Positions 44,845 to 54,552 of a stretch of 64,000 nt of DNA are shown here, one piece after another. The stretch is from IMG/VR virus record IMGVR_UViG_3300046714_000236, positions 1-64,000 of that record; one strand, written 5' to 3'. How positions within the stretch are numbered: the stretch's first letter is position 1; each line of letters opens with the position of its first letter. Position numbers and translations under genes: made by a program. The notes under the pieces are model-generated. The model did no database searches. It saw nothing but the letters and a program-made list of their open reading frames with translations, and was not told the DNA's origin. The stretch comes from a virus.

Positions 44845-47385
44845 TTACGCAGCTTGCGCGAGCACGTTGACGGATGTGTCGACGTTCGTGCCGACGATGG
44901 TTTCGAGCACGATGAACTTCATGTCCGGGAGCATCCGGCATCGGAGGATGATCCGGAACTGCCCGCGCGCGAGACTGTTCTTCGTGTTCCCGCTCTTGCC
45001 GTCGATCACGTAGCTGTCGAGGCGCGCGCTCGCCGGGTTGCTCGGAGAGAGGAGCCCCTCCATGAACGCCTTGATCTCTCCGAGGCAGTTCGCTCGGCGA
45101 TCGACGGTCATCTTCTTTTTGTTGAACGCCTTCAGCCGCTGCTTGATCGAATCCTGCAGGAAGTATTCGAACCGCTGCCGCGCGATGTCTTCGAGCTCCG
45201 GGTTGATCGTCGGGTCCACCGTCGTCACCGCGGATTGGATCTGACAGTTCCCATCATCGAACACGGGCGCCGCGATGCCCGCGCGCTTGAACGCGATGTA
45301 GTCGTTGATATCCATCGACTGGACGTCGCTGTTGTTTTTCTCCAGACCGAGCGCCCACGTCGGGATGTCGGTCTGCTGTCCGATGTTCTCCTCGGGTGCG
45401 AGCTGGCTCATGAGCGTCGCGACGAGCGAGTCCGCACCGACGTCGACGATCCCATCCGCAGTGAAGCCCGCGCCGCCCGAGAGACCGCGCGCAGCGATCT
45501 GCGGGATCCGGATCTGAAGCCCGGGGAATGCGTACACGTTGTTCGCCGTGCGGTACCGACCGACGCCCGGTTGTGACATGCCGCCCTTCGCCACCGTGCG
45601 AGTCGTGCCGAGCGGCGGACGGATGACGCTCATCCGGCCGGTCATGCCCGACTCGCTCGCGGCGAGCCCGTTCGATCGGAGCCCGTTGCGGAGCGCGTTC
45701 GATTGCCGCGCCGCGAAGACGCCGTTCGCGAGCTTCGCCACGCTGCTCTGCGCGAGCGTCGCCGCGAGCGCGGTGTCATATGCCGAATCGATCGCGGGCT
45801 CGGTGAGCGCCGCGCTGAGCTCGCTCGGGTTGTTGACTGCCCACGCGCTCGAACCGGGCGACTCGGGGAGCACCGTCACCGTGTTCGCGGTACCGCTGCC
45901 GATCGTCCCGTCATCGAGCCCGGGTCGAACCTTCAGTGAGTACGGACCCGCGTTGTCCGGATCGATGCTCGTCGTCTGCATCGTCACCCACTCGACCGCA
46001 TCGTCGTCGCGCACGCGCGTGCCCGCCGGGATCTGCTCGAACCCGTGCGGGACCGCCGTCACCGTGATCACGCCGAGACCGAGCGCGGTGAGCACGCCAG
46101 TGCTTCCCCCGAGCACGCGCACCTGCCCGCCCGTCACACGCCCCGACAGATTGATCTTCGCCGCGTCTGCGTTCGCGCTCGCCGCCGTGAAACCGACGCC
46201 CGCATTGATGCGCGCGATCACATCGGCACGCGCCGTGTCTCCCGATTGGAACGTGATCACCACGTTCGGCGAATCGTCGAAGCCGAGCGAGAGAGTCTCG
46301 CCGCCAGTGAACCCATCGGGGTACGTCCCCGCCGCACTCACGAGCACCGCGAAGCCACTCGGCTCGGAAGCGACCTGATCGCCGACGAACCCGAACGCCG
46401 TCAATGTCGAGATCCCGAGGAACTGAATGCTCGCGCCCGACGTCGCAGCGATCCGAATGTTCCCATCGCGATCGCGATCCACGCGCGTGTCCGAAGCCGC
46501 CGCTTCGATCACGCTCTTCGCTTCGAGGAGCGTCACCGCGGCGATGTTCGTCACGTTGCCCGTCCCCGTTCCGCTCGCTGGCGAGAAGCCCGTCGCCGTC
46601 GTGACGAGCGGAACCGACACGCTGTTCACCACGACACTCCCGCCCGTGCCGAGAATGCGACCCGCGATCGTGGTCTCCCCGCCGCCCGCATCCGTCGCCG
46701 CCGTGTATCCGAGCGTCGCGTTGATGCGCGCAATGACGAGCGCCTGCGACGTGTCGCCCACCGTGAACACGATATCAATCGGACCGATCGCGAGATCGGT
46801 TCCCTCGTCGATCGTCACGTTCATCGACTCGCCGCCGCTGAACGTCGTGGGGTACGTCCCCGCCGCGCTCGTGAGCTGCGCCTCCGACGCGCTGAACGTC
46901 GCGCCCGATTGCGCGCCTGCGAGATCCAAGCCGAGGATCTGCCCGTCTTCGAGTGTCCACGTGTCGTCGTTGTTGCCCGTGATCGCCGGGAGCCGAGTGA
47001 ACTCCACCGCACCGACCGAGGTGTCGACGCGCGCGACGATGAGCCCGCCGAACTTCTTCTGAGAGAGCCACACGAACGCGTTGCCGTTCCAGTACTCGAA
47101 GCTCGTCACGTTGTCCGCCTTGCGACCGCGCGCGCAGGGGTTGCACGAGGCGAGCCCGCCGTACGTGAAACCGAAGGCGCCGAAGTTCGCGAGGAGATCG
47201 CCACCGTTCTCGATCTCGGTCGGCACGTTGAACGGGCCGTCCTCGAACTCTCCGAGGAGCATCACCGTCCCCGCGAACGCGCCCGAGATCTGCGCCGGGG
47301 GATCCCGACTGATGAGCACGATCCCTTCGATCTGCTCGATGACTTCATCTCCGGGGTCGCTAGTGAATCGGCGTACGAACGTCAT
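44845..47385 (-). CDS. Tail sheath protein
   Basis: GEFEDGPFNVPTEI N-terminal motif; C-terminal R..Y/GNT...RGQF...FIVL sheath motifs. Confidence 0.9.
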   Translation of the reverse strand: MTFVRRFTSDPGDEVIEQIEGIVLISRDPPAQISGAFAGTVMLLGEFEDGPFNVPTEIENGGDLLANFGAFGFTYGGLASCNPCARGRKADNVTSFEYWNGNAFVWLSQKKFGGLIVARVDTSVGAVEFTRLPAITGNNDDTWTLEDGQILGLDLAGAQSGATFSASEAQLTSAAGTYPTTFSGGESMNVTIDEGTDLAIGPIDIVFTVGDTSQALVIARINATLGYTAATDAGGGETTIAGRILGTGGSVVVNSVSVPLVTTATGFSPASGTGTGNVTNIAAVTLLEAKSVIEAAASDTRVDRDRDGNIRIAATSGASIQFLGISTLTAFGFVGDQVASEPSGFAVLVSAAGTYPDGFTGGETLSLGFDDSPNVVITFQSGDTARADVIARINAGVGFTAASANADAAKINLSGRVTGGQVRVLGGSTGVLTALGLGVITVTAVPHGFEQIPAGTRVRDDDAVEWVTMQTTSIDPDNAGPYSLKVRPGLDDGTIGSGTANTVTVLPESPGSSAWAVNNPSELSAALTEPAIDSAYDTALAATLAQSSVAKLANGVFAARQSNALRNGLRSNGLAASESGMTGRMSVIRPPLGTTRTVAKGGMSQPGVGRYRTANNVYAFPGLQIRIPQIAARGLSGGAGFTADGIVDVGADSLVATLMSQLAPEENIGQQTDIPTWALGLEKNNSDVQSMDINDYIAFKRAGIAAPVFDDGNCQIQSAVTTVDPTINPELEDIARQRFEYFLQDSIKQRLKAFNKKKMTVDRRANCLGEIKAFMEGLLSPSNPASARLDSYVIDGKSGNTKNSLARGQFRIILRCRMLPDMKFIVLETIVGTNVDTSVNVLAQAA

Positions 47386-47413
47386 GTTTGGGAGTCTCCG
47401 GTTCAGAACGGTA

Positions 47414-48115
47414 TCAGGCGCTGGTCTTACTTGCTACGGCTCGCGCTTCGGCCGTCACTTCCACCACCACCGACGGATCGAAGTCCGGCGCTCTGACAAG
47501 CGCCACCTCGGGGACCGTCATCGTCACGTAAAGATCGGCGCGCCGCCGGTTCCTGAAAACGGGATCGTCTTCGAGAACCTCGCCCTCGTCGGACGCGAAC
47601 GTCGCCACCTGATTGTAGTAGGCAGGAAGCCGGAGCTGCAGCGCATAGCTATCCTCGCCGTTGGTCAGGGCTTCCTCTAGCCCAGCCTTCAGCGCGGTGC
47701 GCATCGCGTCCTCCGCGCCGAGCACCTCGATCGCGATCTGTTCCACCCAGTCGCTCTTTCGAATGAGGAACGTCCCCGGCCCGTACACGTCCGCCGTGCC
47801 GTCGATCTCCTGCGCAGGGCCGAGCCCGTAGGCTTCGTGACGCCCACGCGCCGGGCGGATCCCGATCCCCGGGAGCCCGGCGTCCGTGATGTTGTCCGGC
47901 TGGTAAACGTGGATGTTCTCGTAGGGAACGACGAACCTGAGCGGAGGGCCCCGCCGCGCGCCGGGCGGCTTGTCTCCGGGCCTCGCGAAGATGAGCAGGC
48001 CCATGAACCGCCGGAGCGCGCGGAGCGCGTACGTGCGCGCGTCGCGGGTCGGGATGGCTGCCGCGTCGAACTGATCGCCGACGAGCTCCGGGGGAGGGAA
48101 CACAAACTGCGACAT
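47414..48115 (-). CDS. Tail terminator/neck protein
   Basis: Position directly upstream of the sheath. Confidence 0.6.
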   Translation of the reverse strand: MSQFVFPPPELVGDQFDAAAIPTRDARTYALRALRRFMGLLIFARPGDKPPGARRGPPLRFVVPYENIHVYQPDNITDAGLPGIGIRPARGRHEAYGLGPAQEIDGTADVYGPGTFLIRKSDWVEQIAIEVLGAEDAMRTALKAGLEEALTNGEDSYALQLRLPAYYNQVATFASDEGEVLEDDPVFRNRRRADLYVTMTVPEVALVRAPDFDPSVVVEVTAEARAVASKTSA

Positions 48116-48690
48116 CAGACCGACTCCCGATCGAGCTCACGTACAATCTCTTCCTGGATGATCGTGCCGATGTCCTGCTGCACGAGCTGCCGCAGGATCC
48201 CGAGCCCGGGCCCGGGTCGGTTGAAGATCCCGCGCCGCTTCATCGCGCCGATGATCGCCCACGCGATCGCCGCGTCCGTCACCTTGCCGACCTTCGTCGA
48301 CGTGTGCACGGCCTTGCCGTTCACGAACTTGATCTTGCTCTGCGTCGCGATGAGCCGCGTGATTCCTTTGCGCTTCGCCCATTCGACGAGCGCGAGGATC
48401 ATCGCGTGCCCCGGTTTGATCGAGCTCGCTCGAACGCCGTCTTCGATGACGACCGCGGTTAGCTCGTTGTTGACGATCTGCGCGCCTTCCGGGATTGGGC
48501 CCGAGCGCCACCCCGCGCGGTAGATCCCCCTGTCCACAGGCTGGGGAGATCTTGAGGGGATGATCTGCGTCTGGATCTTCTGCACGCCGCGAGCGCCCGC
48601 ACTCACAAGCCCGCGGAGCGCCGCCTTCCTGTACTTCTCTCCGAGCGCGCCGAAGTGTGCGGCCGCGTACTGAAGCTCGATGGACGCCAT
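48115..48690 (-). CDS. Neck/tail completion protein (HK97 gp10-like)
   Basis: PVDRG.YR..W, IEDG and WAKRKG motifs. Confidence 0.75.
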   Translation of the reverse strand: MASIELQYAAAHFGALGEKYRKAALRGLVSAGARGVQKIQTQIIPSRSPQPVDRGIYRAGWRSGPIPEGAQIVNNELTAVVIEDGVRASSIKPGHAMILALVEWAKRKGITRLIATQSKIKFVNGKAVHTSTKVGKVTDAAIAWAIIGAMKRRGIFNRPGPGLGILRQLVQQDIGTIIQEEIVRELDRESV

Positions 48691-49332
48691 TCAGTCGTCT
48701 TCCCCCGAGCCGACGTCGACGAACCCCGGCACCACGTCAACGCTCGCGCCTGCGAGCGTCGGTTGCCCGCGCCGATCCATGTCCTGACTCTCGCGCACGA
48801 GATAGATGATGAACTGCACCCGGCTCGCTGCACGCGACGGGTAGCCGTTCAGGTTGAAGCGCTGCCGCGCCGCCGGGTTGTCGCCGCGTCCGTCTTCGAC
48901 CACCTCGTAGAAAAACGAAATGTTCCCCTTCGTGTTGCGCTCTACGCCGTTCGGATTCACCGGGCGCCCCGGTTGCCCAGGAACATCGCTCGGGATGACG
49001 AGCCCCTTCAGGTTGTCCTCCGTGTAGCGATCGACGCTGATCTCTTCGACGCGCAGGCTCCCATCCGGGAGCGCGCCCTGCAGGAACGCGCGCCGCTGGA
49101 TCGCGCTCAGGTCACTCACCTTCGGAGTCGGCAGGAGCTCCACGCGAGAGAGGATCTTCTCACCACCCTCGCCGCTCTCGTCGGCAACCCATTCGGTCCA
49201 TACGAGGAAGACGCGATGCGGACGGATCCCAAACTTCGTGTTGAGCTGCCGCAACCGATCGGCACGACCACCGAACCGATTCGCGAGAGTCTTCTTCGCT
49301 TCGTCCGGTGTGAGAGGGCGCACGCGCGGCAC
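48691..49332 (-). CDS. Head closure-like protein
   Basis: Gene order only. Confidence 0.55.
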   Translation of the reverse strand: MPRVRPLTPDEAKKTLANRFGGRADRLRQLNTKFGIRPHRVFLVWTEWVADESGEGGEKILSRVELLPTPKVSDLSAIQRRAFLQGALPDGSLRVEEISVDRYTEDNLKGLVIPSDVPGQPGRPVNPNGVERNTKGNISFFYEVVEDGRGDNPAARQRFNLNGYPSRAASRVQFIIYLVRESQDMDRRGQPTLAGASVDVVPGFVDVGSGEDD

Positions 49333-49336
49333 GGGT

Positions 49337-49747
49337 TTAGTTTCCTACCGAGATGTTGCCGAACCCCTGCCCCGTGGTGAGCCGCTTGTCGAACGGGTTG
49401 CGGTTGCAGCCGAGGATGTTCGCGAGCGCGGCGACCCAGTAGTCGTAGCGCTTCACGAGCGCTTCCTGCTCGTCCTTCCGGATCGTGATGTCCCCGAGCG
49501 AGTCGACCGCGAGCAGCTCGAAGTCCTCCACCATCTGCCCCTCGATCGTGTCGAGGATATTGAGCACCTGATAGAGCCGGGGCTGCCCCGACACGAGCAC
49601 CTTGTTCATCGCGAGTTCGATCATGAACTGCGTCTGAACACCCGCAGGCGCACCGAGCACGAACGTCGCCGCTTCGGCGACTTCGAGGTACCCCATGTGA
49701 TGACGAATCCTCGCCTTGTCTTCTTCGGGGATTTGCAGCAACGGCAT
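49337..49747 (-). CDS. Head-tail adaptor-like protein
   Basis: Helical; EEDKARIRHHMGY; gene order. Confidence 0.6.
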   Translation of the reverse strand: MPLLQIPEEDKARIRHHMGYLEVAEAATFVLGAPAGVQTQFMIELAMNKVLVSGQPRLYQVLNILDTIEGQMVEDFELLAVDSLGDITIRKDEQEALVKRYDYWVAALANILGCNRNPFDKRLTTGQGFGNISVGN

Positions 49748-49776
49748 GGGGTCCCCTTTCTACGGTTCGAGTCGGT

Positions 49777-50109
49777 TCAGCTCGGTGCGTCTTCGGGCGC
49801 TTGCTCGCCGAGATCTTCGAGCTTCACGCCTTGGCGCTTGAGCGCCTTAATGTCGTACGCCGTATCTGCGATCACCTTGCCGGCACGGAGCGTTGTTCGG
49901 TAGCCGTCCTGGCTGATCCCGCGATCTTCTTGCACGCGGTAGTAGTGCGGGTGTGGCGCGCCTTCGCGAACCTTCTCACCCTTACCACTCAGATCCGAGA
50001 CCACCTTTCCGTCCTGCGATTGCAGGCGAGGAAGATCGAACTGCTTGGAATCTGCCGCGCCAATGGTGACGCTTTCGACGGCCTGTTGTGACGATGCACG
50101 CTGTCTCAT
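49777..50109 (-). CDS. Hypothetical head-region protein
   Basis: Follows the capsid gene; start uncertain. Confidence 0.6.
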   Translation of the reverse strand: MRQRASSQQAVESVTIGAADSKQFDLPRLQSQDGKVVSDLSGKGEKVREGAPHPHYYRVQEDRGISQDGYRTTLRAGKVIADTAYDIKALKRQGVKLEDLGEQAPEDAPS

Positions 50110-50179
50110 GTGAGAACCTCCGCGCTCAGGCTAGCACGAGCGACCACGCGCCCGCGCCAGCCCTTGCGCAGAAGATCAC

Positions 50180-51583
50180 TCAGGAGCCGAGCGCGAACTC
50201 CAACATGAGCGACCGCTTCACGATCTGCGGGCCGCCCGAGCTGATGTCGGTCGGGATCGGGAAGCCACCCGTGTAGCTCCACGTGCACGACACGATGTCT
50301 TGCGTCCGGTTGACCGGGCTCCGAAGGATCAGCGAGATGCGATCCGTCTTCACTTCGATCCCTTGGTTCGTGATGTTGAAGCCGCCGATCTTGCCGGTGA
50401 CTCCCGCTTCACTCACGTAGCGCTTCTCGTCGAGCCAGCGCTCGTAGATCGCACCGCGCCCCGTGATGACGACGCGACCGACGCGAACGCCGGTGTAGTT
50501 CACCACCTCGGCGTTGATGCCCTTCGCGAACTTCGCGCTGCCCGCCGTCGTGATGAGCGCGCCCGAGTTCGAGTCGTCCGGCGTCTCGTTGTTGAGGAAG
50601 AACGCGATCCCCGCGCCCGTCCCGATGAACGCCGACTGATACTGAATCGAGTCGGGACGCCCTTGGTTCAGGCGCTGCATCACCTGATCGGTGAAGATCT
50701 GGCCGTTGCCCTCGGGGCTGATGTGCGCGTGAAAAAACCCGTCTTCGTGTGGGAACACGTTGTTTTGACGGAGCTTGTTCGTCGCGTTGATGAAGTCCTG
50801 GTACTGCAGGATGTCGTTCGCCTGCAGTGCATCGACTGACGTGCCGCCACCGGCGCGCATGATGATCGGGCGCGTGCTCGCGAGGACCGAGCTACGGATC
50901 GCCACGCCTGCGCCGACAGTGCTGTCGAGCGCGAGCGTACCGGGACCGAGCGGGACCGCGGGATCGTACGGCGTCGCGCCGATCACGTTCAGGCTGATCG
51001 GCGTGGTGCCGCTCATGAGCGTGATGGGGAGCGGTGCCGCCGTCGAGACGGGCGTCGGGCGCACGGTCGTACCGCGCGTGATGACGCTCGTGAACCCGTT
51101 GAGGCTCGCGACCTGAAGGAACGTGTCACCCGTGAGCGCGGCGACGATGAGCGCCGTCGAGCCCTGAAGGTACGCGGTGCAGAGCGCGTTCCTCGGGATG
51201 CGGTTCAGCGACTGCCCCGCCTGAAGGCCGAGCTGCTGAATGCTCCGGAGGAAGATGTCGCTGTTCGCGACCGCGTTCGTCGGCATGTCGACGTCGATCG
51301 TGCCGATGTAGCGATCGAGGCGAGCAGTCCATTGCTCCCACGTGAGCGCTTGCGGCTCGGGGTCGACACCGGGCACCGCGGGATCCGTGATCGGATCGAG
51401 CAGGCCGGCGCGAGTCATGAGGATTTCCTGGCCGGTGTTGCCCTGCCACTCTTCCTCTTGCGCTTCGCCCCTGAAGAGCATCGCGGGGAAGAGCCCATCG
51501 TGGAACGCGCGCTCCAGTAGGCCAGTCTGAACGAGGTTCAGGATCGTCGGAGGTACTCCGAGAACGATGCCGTTGGTCTCCAT
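50180..51583 (-). CDS. Major capsid protein
   Basis: 467 aa after the scaffold; QLGLQAGQSLN spine helix and L..NNV P-domain pattern. Confidence 0.85.
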   Translation of the reverse strand: METNGIVLGVPPTILNLVQTGLLERAFHDGLFPAMLFRGEAQEEEWQGNTGQEILMTRAGLLDPITDPAVPGVDPEPQALTWEQWTARLDRYIGTIDVDMPTNAVANSDIFLRSIQQLGLQAGQSLNRIPRNALCTAYLQGSTALIVAALTGDTFLQVASLNGFTSVITRGTTVRPTPVSTAAPLPITLMSGTTPISLNVIGATPYDPAVPLGPGTLALDSTVGAGVAIRSSVLASTRPIIMRAGGGTSVDALQANDILQYQDFINATNKLRQNNVFPHEDGFFHAHISPEGNGQIFTDQVMQRLNQGRPDSIQYQSAFIGTGAGIAFFLNNETPDDSNSGALITTAGSAKFAKGINAEVVNYTGVRVGRVVITGRGAIYERWLDEKRYVSEAGVTGKIGGFNITNQGIEVKTDRISLILRSPVNRTQDIVSCTWSYTGGFPIPTDISSGGPQIVKRSLMLEFALGS

Positions 51584-51735
51584 GTCGATTCACTCCCTGA
51601 GATTTGATCCGCGCCGGAATGGCGTCGGCTCGTGCGCGGCTCGTGACTCGGGGAGGACCACTTGTTTGGGACCGCGAGTGGACGCGGGAGTGAATCAACG
51701 GTTGCCGCTGTTGATCTGACTCCAGAAACGTATCA
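51584..51735 (-). promoter_or_regulatory. Capsid promoter and structured 5' leader
   Basis: TGaTACGTT at 51735-51727; 14-bp stem 51686-51699/51584-51597 covers the RBS. Confidence 0.65.
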
Positions 51736-51774
51736 GGGCTCCGCACCCTGCACAAGGATCGCGGAACCCTGATG

Positions 51775-51794
51775 GACCGACATCGATGTCGGTC
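51775..51794. repeat. 20-bp palindrome copy 10
   Basis: Exact; between scaffold and capsid genes. Confidence 0.97.
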
Positions 51795-51801
51795 GGAGTC
51801 G

Positions 51802-52701
51802 CTACCAGCTTTTTTTCATGCCCTGGCGGTTCATGTACTCCTTCAGCTGCTTGTCGTTCATCGAGTTCGGGAGCCCGGGACGCGGCGTCAAACCCGCGAG
51901 CGGATCGGGCGCCGCGGGAGCGGCCGCAACCTTCGGCGGGACCGGCTGCTTGCCGTTCGTCGCTGGCGTTCGCACGGGAGGCTTCGGCGCCGCCGCGGGA
52001 GCTGCAGCCGCGGGGGGAGCGGTGAGCTCAGCGGGAGGCGCGCCCGTCGGTGCCTCGACCAGTTCCTGATTCTCCTTCGCGTACTTCGCGAGCCACGCGT
52101 TGATCGCAGCGCGTCCGAACTTCCCTTGCTCCGTCTTCGTGAGCTTCGCGTAGTGCTGCGCCATCTGATCGTTCACGAACGGCACGAACTTCTCTTTGAA
52201 CTTGTGCGATGCGACGAGCGCGCGCACCTCGGCGTTCTGCTTCTGCGCAAGCGTCTGCGTCTTCTGATCTTCGAGCTGTGCGGTGAGCTCTGCGATCTTC
52301 GTCGTCGCCTTCTGCAGATCGGCCTTCAGCTGATCGATCTCCGTCATCTCGGAGCGCTTGCGCGCTTCTGATTCCTCACGAAGGCGCGTGAGCTCTTCCG
52401 CGTCCGCTTGCCGCTTGACCCTGAGCTTCTCGACTTCCGCCGGATCGTCCGTGCCGAACTCGGCCTTCAGGAGTCGCTTGCGCTCTGCCTCGCGTTCCTT
52501 CCGCTTCACATCCGAGATCGCTTCTTCCGGCACGGGGCTACCGCCGCGACCGAGCACGGGCGCAACGGGTTCGACGGGAGCGGGCTCGATGGGTGGAGGC
52601 GCGGGAGGCGCGACCGCTACGGGCGCCGCAGGGGGCACGACGATCGCGGGAGGCGGCATCGGGGGAGCTGGGTTGACGGGTGCGACGGCAGGTTCTGTCA
52701 T
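51802..52701 (-). CDS. Capsid scaffold protein
   Basis: Pro-rich ends, central coiled coil, directly before the capsid gene. Confidence 0.8.
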   Translation of the reverse strand: MTEPAVAPVNPAPPMPPPAIVVPPAAPVAVAPPAPPPIEPAPVEPVAPVLGRGGSPVPEEAISDVKRKEREAERKRLLKAEFGTDDPAEVEKLRVKRQADAEELTRLREESEARKRSEMTEIDQLKADLQKATTKIAELTAQLEDQKTQTLAQKQNAEVRALVASHKFKEKFVPFVNDQMAQHYAKLTKTEQGKFGRAAINAWLAKYAKENQELVEAPTGAPPAELTAPPAAAAPAAAPKPPVRTPATNGKQPVPPKVAAAPAAPDPLAGLTPRPGLPNSMNDKQLKEYMNRQGMKKSW

Positions 52702-52725
52702 GAATTGGTTCTCCTACTAAATGCG

Positions 52726-52763
52726 AAAAGGGCGCCGCCCGGGATCTTCCGAGCGACGCCCTT
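52726..52763 (-). terminator. Rho-independent terminator
   Basis: AAGGGCGTCGCTCGG/CCGGGCGGCGCCCTT stem followed by TT on the minus strand. Confidence 0.6.
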
Positions 52764-52783
52764 CGGCGTTCACGCGAGCTCGG

Positions 52784-53464
52784 TTAGAGCAGCGTGCGAT
52801 CTGCGGAAAGGATCGTGTTCAGATCCTTGTCCGTCGCGATGAGGAGCGTGAGCGTCGCGCGCGTCACGGCATCGGCCACCGCGAAGAGCACCTTGTCGTG
52901 CGCCACTTTGAGAAGCGCCTTCCCCGTTGCCGGCTTGCTGTCCGACGGCAGGAGGATGTGCATCTGCCCCGTGAGCGTTCCGACGAGTGACTCGGCTGCG
53001 AGCAGGTACACGACGCCGCGCGCCGTGAGTGCGGCCGGAATGTCGAACGTGTCCGCCGTGCCCGAGACGTTGAGCGTGAGCTCCACGACATCGCCGCGCG
53101 CGGGCAGGAACGTCACATCCACGTCCGTGGTGTCCGCCGTGGGCGCGAACATGAGATCGCCGTTCGGGCTGATCCCGATGTGACCCGCCGCCGGTGCGGT
53201 CTCGGTGTAGCCGTCGATCGTGAACTCGCCCTTCGTGGTTCCCGCGCGGCTCGTCGCGCGGCTGATCACCGCGGCCTTGCCGGTGTTCGGGAGCGAGATC
53301 ATCTCACTCGACGCGATGCCAGGCGCGGCCGATGCGACCGGGTTCTGCTTGCGCAGCACCTGCACCATCTGCCCGCGAAGCAGATCACCGAGCCCGAGCT
53401 TGCGGAAAAGGTCCGCGATCGATCCGAGGTTTGCGGCGTTCGCCGCGTCTTGCTGTGTTCCCAT
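52784..53464 (-). CDS. Putative head decoration/structural protein
   Basis: Ala/Thr-rich with two internally similar halves; head module. Confidence 0.65.
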   Translation of the reverse strand: MGTQQDAANAANLGSIADLFRKLGLGDLLRGQMVQVLRKQNPVASAAPGIASSEMISLPNTGKAAVISRATSRAGTTKGEFTIDGYTETAPAAGHIGISPNGDLMFAPTADTTDVDVTFLPARGDVVELTLNVSGTADTFDIPAALTARGVVYLLAAESLVGTLTGQMHILLPSDSKPATGKALLKVAHDKVLFAVADAVTRATLTLLIATDKDLNTILSADRTLL

Positions 53465-53562
53465 TTGTTCGATTCTCTTTTCTCCGTGCGGCCCTTTCGG
53501 GTCCGCCCGGGTCGCTCCGACAGATCGAAACCCCCTGTCGGGACGGGGCTAGTGCGCGAAAC

Positions 53563-53982
53563 TCAGATGAGCCCGCACACGAAGTATTCGAGCACGCCCG
53601 ATCCCTTGGCCGCCAGTGCCTTCAGGAACTTCCCCGACTGGAACGGGATGATAAGGGGGCCGCCGTTGATCGGGATCTCCGCTTCGACGTCTCCGCCGTT
53701 GCCGTCGTCCGTCGTGACACGCACGATCACGTCGGACCCTGATTTGAAGTACAGGAACGATCCGTGTGTGACCGTGTCATCGGCACCCACACCCTGCAGC
53801 TCAGCGAACGCGCTCGGGGAGTTCAGCGTTCGTTGAAGGATCCCCGTTGCGACGCTGTAACCGATGCCCTCCGAGCCTTGCAGGAAGGTGAGGGGGATCG
53901 TCGCGCGGATGCCAGGGAAGCCCGTGTTGACGCCCTGAGGGGGCCCCGCGGTGAGGTTCCCCCCGATCGTGAGCTGCCCCAT
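53563..53982 (-). CDS. Putative structural protein
   Basis: Beta-rich; head module. Confidence 0.65.
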   Translation of the reverse strand: MGQLTIGGNLTAGPPQGVNTGFPGIRATIPLTFLQGSEGIGYSVATGILQRTLNSPSAFAELQGVGADDTVTHGSFLYFKSGSDVIVRVTTDDGNGGDVEAEIPINGGPLIIPFQSGKFLKALAAKGSGVLEYFVCGLI

Positions 53983-53988
53983 TGGAGA

Positions 53989-54255
53989 TCAGCCCCCGCC
54001 GAGCTTGAACGGCTTCTGCCCATTGCTGAGCGAGCCGACACCGACGAAGCCCGACTTCTGCTCACCCGCGCCCGGGGTGACTTCCTCGACGACGGGCCGC
54101 ATGGCGGGAGAGCTGTTCGGCATCTCCTGCTTGGCCGTCTGCGGGTTCTGCTGCCGATTGAAGTCCGGCGCGGGGGACCGCGAGACTTCGCGCTTCCCTT
54201 CCGGGTTCGTCACCGCGTTGAAGCCCTTGCCCGAACCGTCGCTGTTGATGTCCAT
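53989..54255 (-). CDS. Small disordered protein
   Basis: AGGAG RBS; ends KPFKLGGG. Confidence 0.65.
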   Translation of the reverse strand: MDINSDGSGKGFNAVTNPEGKREVSRSPAPDFNRQQNPQTAKQEMPNSSPAMRPVVEEVTPGAGEQKSGFVGVGSLSNGQKPFKLGGG

Positions 54256-54268
54256 GGATCGACTCCTA

Positions 54269-54493
54269 TCAGAACTTGAACGGCTTGCCGCCGCTTTCGA
54301 TTGCAGGGCCCGCGGGGGGCCACGGCTTTTGCTGCTGCGCGATCTGCGCGCTGCACTGCCCGATCGTCGGCACCCACTTCGGGCGCGCTAGATCGGGGCG
54401 CCGCTCGTCGAGCGGGTTCGGAGGCGTTGCACCGCTCCGCGCTTCGCGGTTCGGGTCTGCGGGGGAGCTCCCGATGGTGAACGGCTTCGGCAT
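54269..54493 (-). CDS. Small Pro-rich protein
   Basis: TGaTACCTT 7 nt before ATG; ends KPFKF. Confidence 0.65.
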   Translation of the reverse strand: MPKPFTIGSSPADPNREARSGATPPNPLDERRPDLARPKWVPTIGQCSAQIAQQQKPWPPAGPAIESGGKPFKF

Positions 54494-54532
54494 GCCCCTG
54501 AAGGTATCAGGGCGCTTTCAGAGCGGCAAGCC

Positions 54533-54552
54533 GACCGACATCGATGTCGGTC
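54533..54552. repeat. 20-bp palindrome copy 11
   Basis: Exact; abuts the stop at 54553. Confidence 0.97.
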
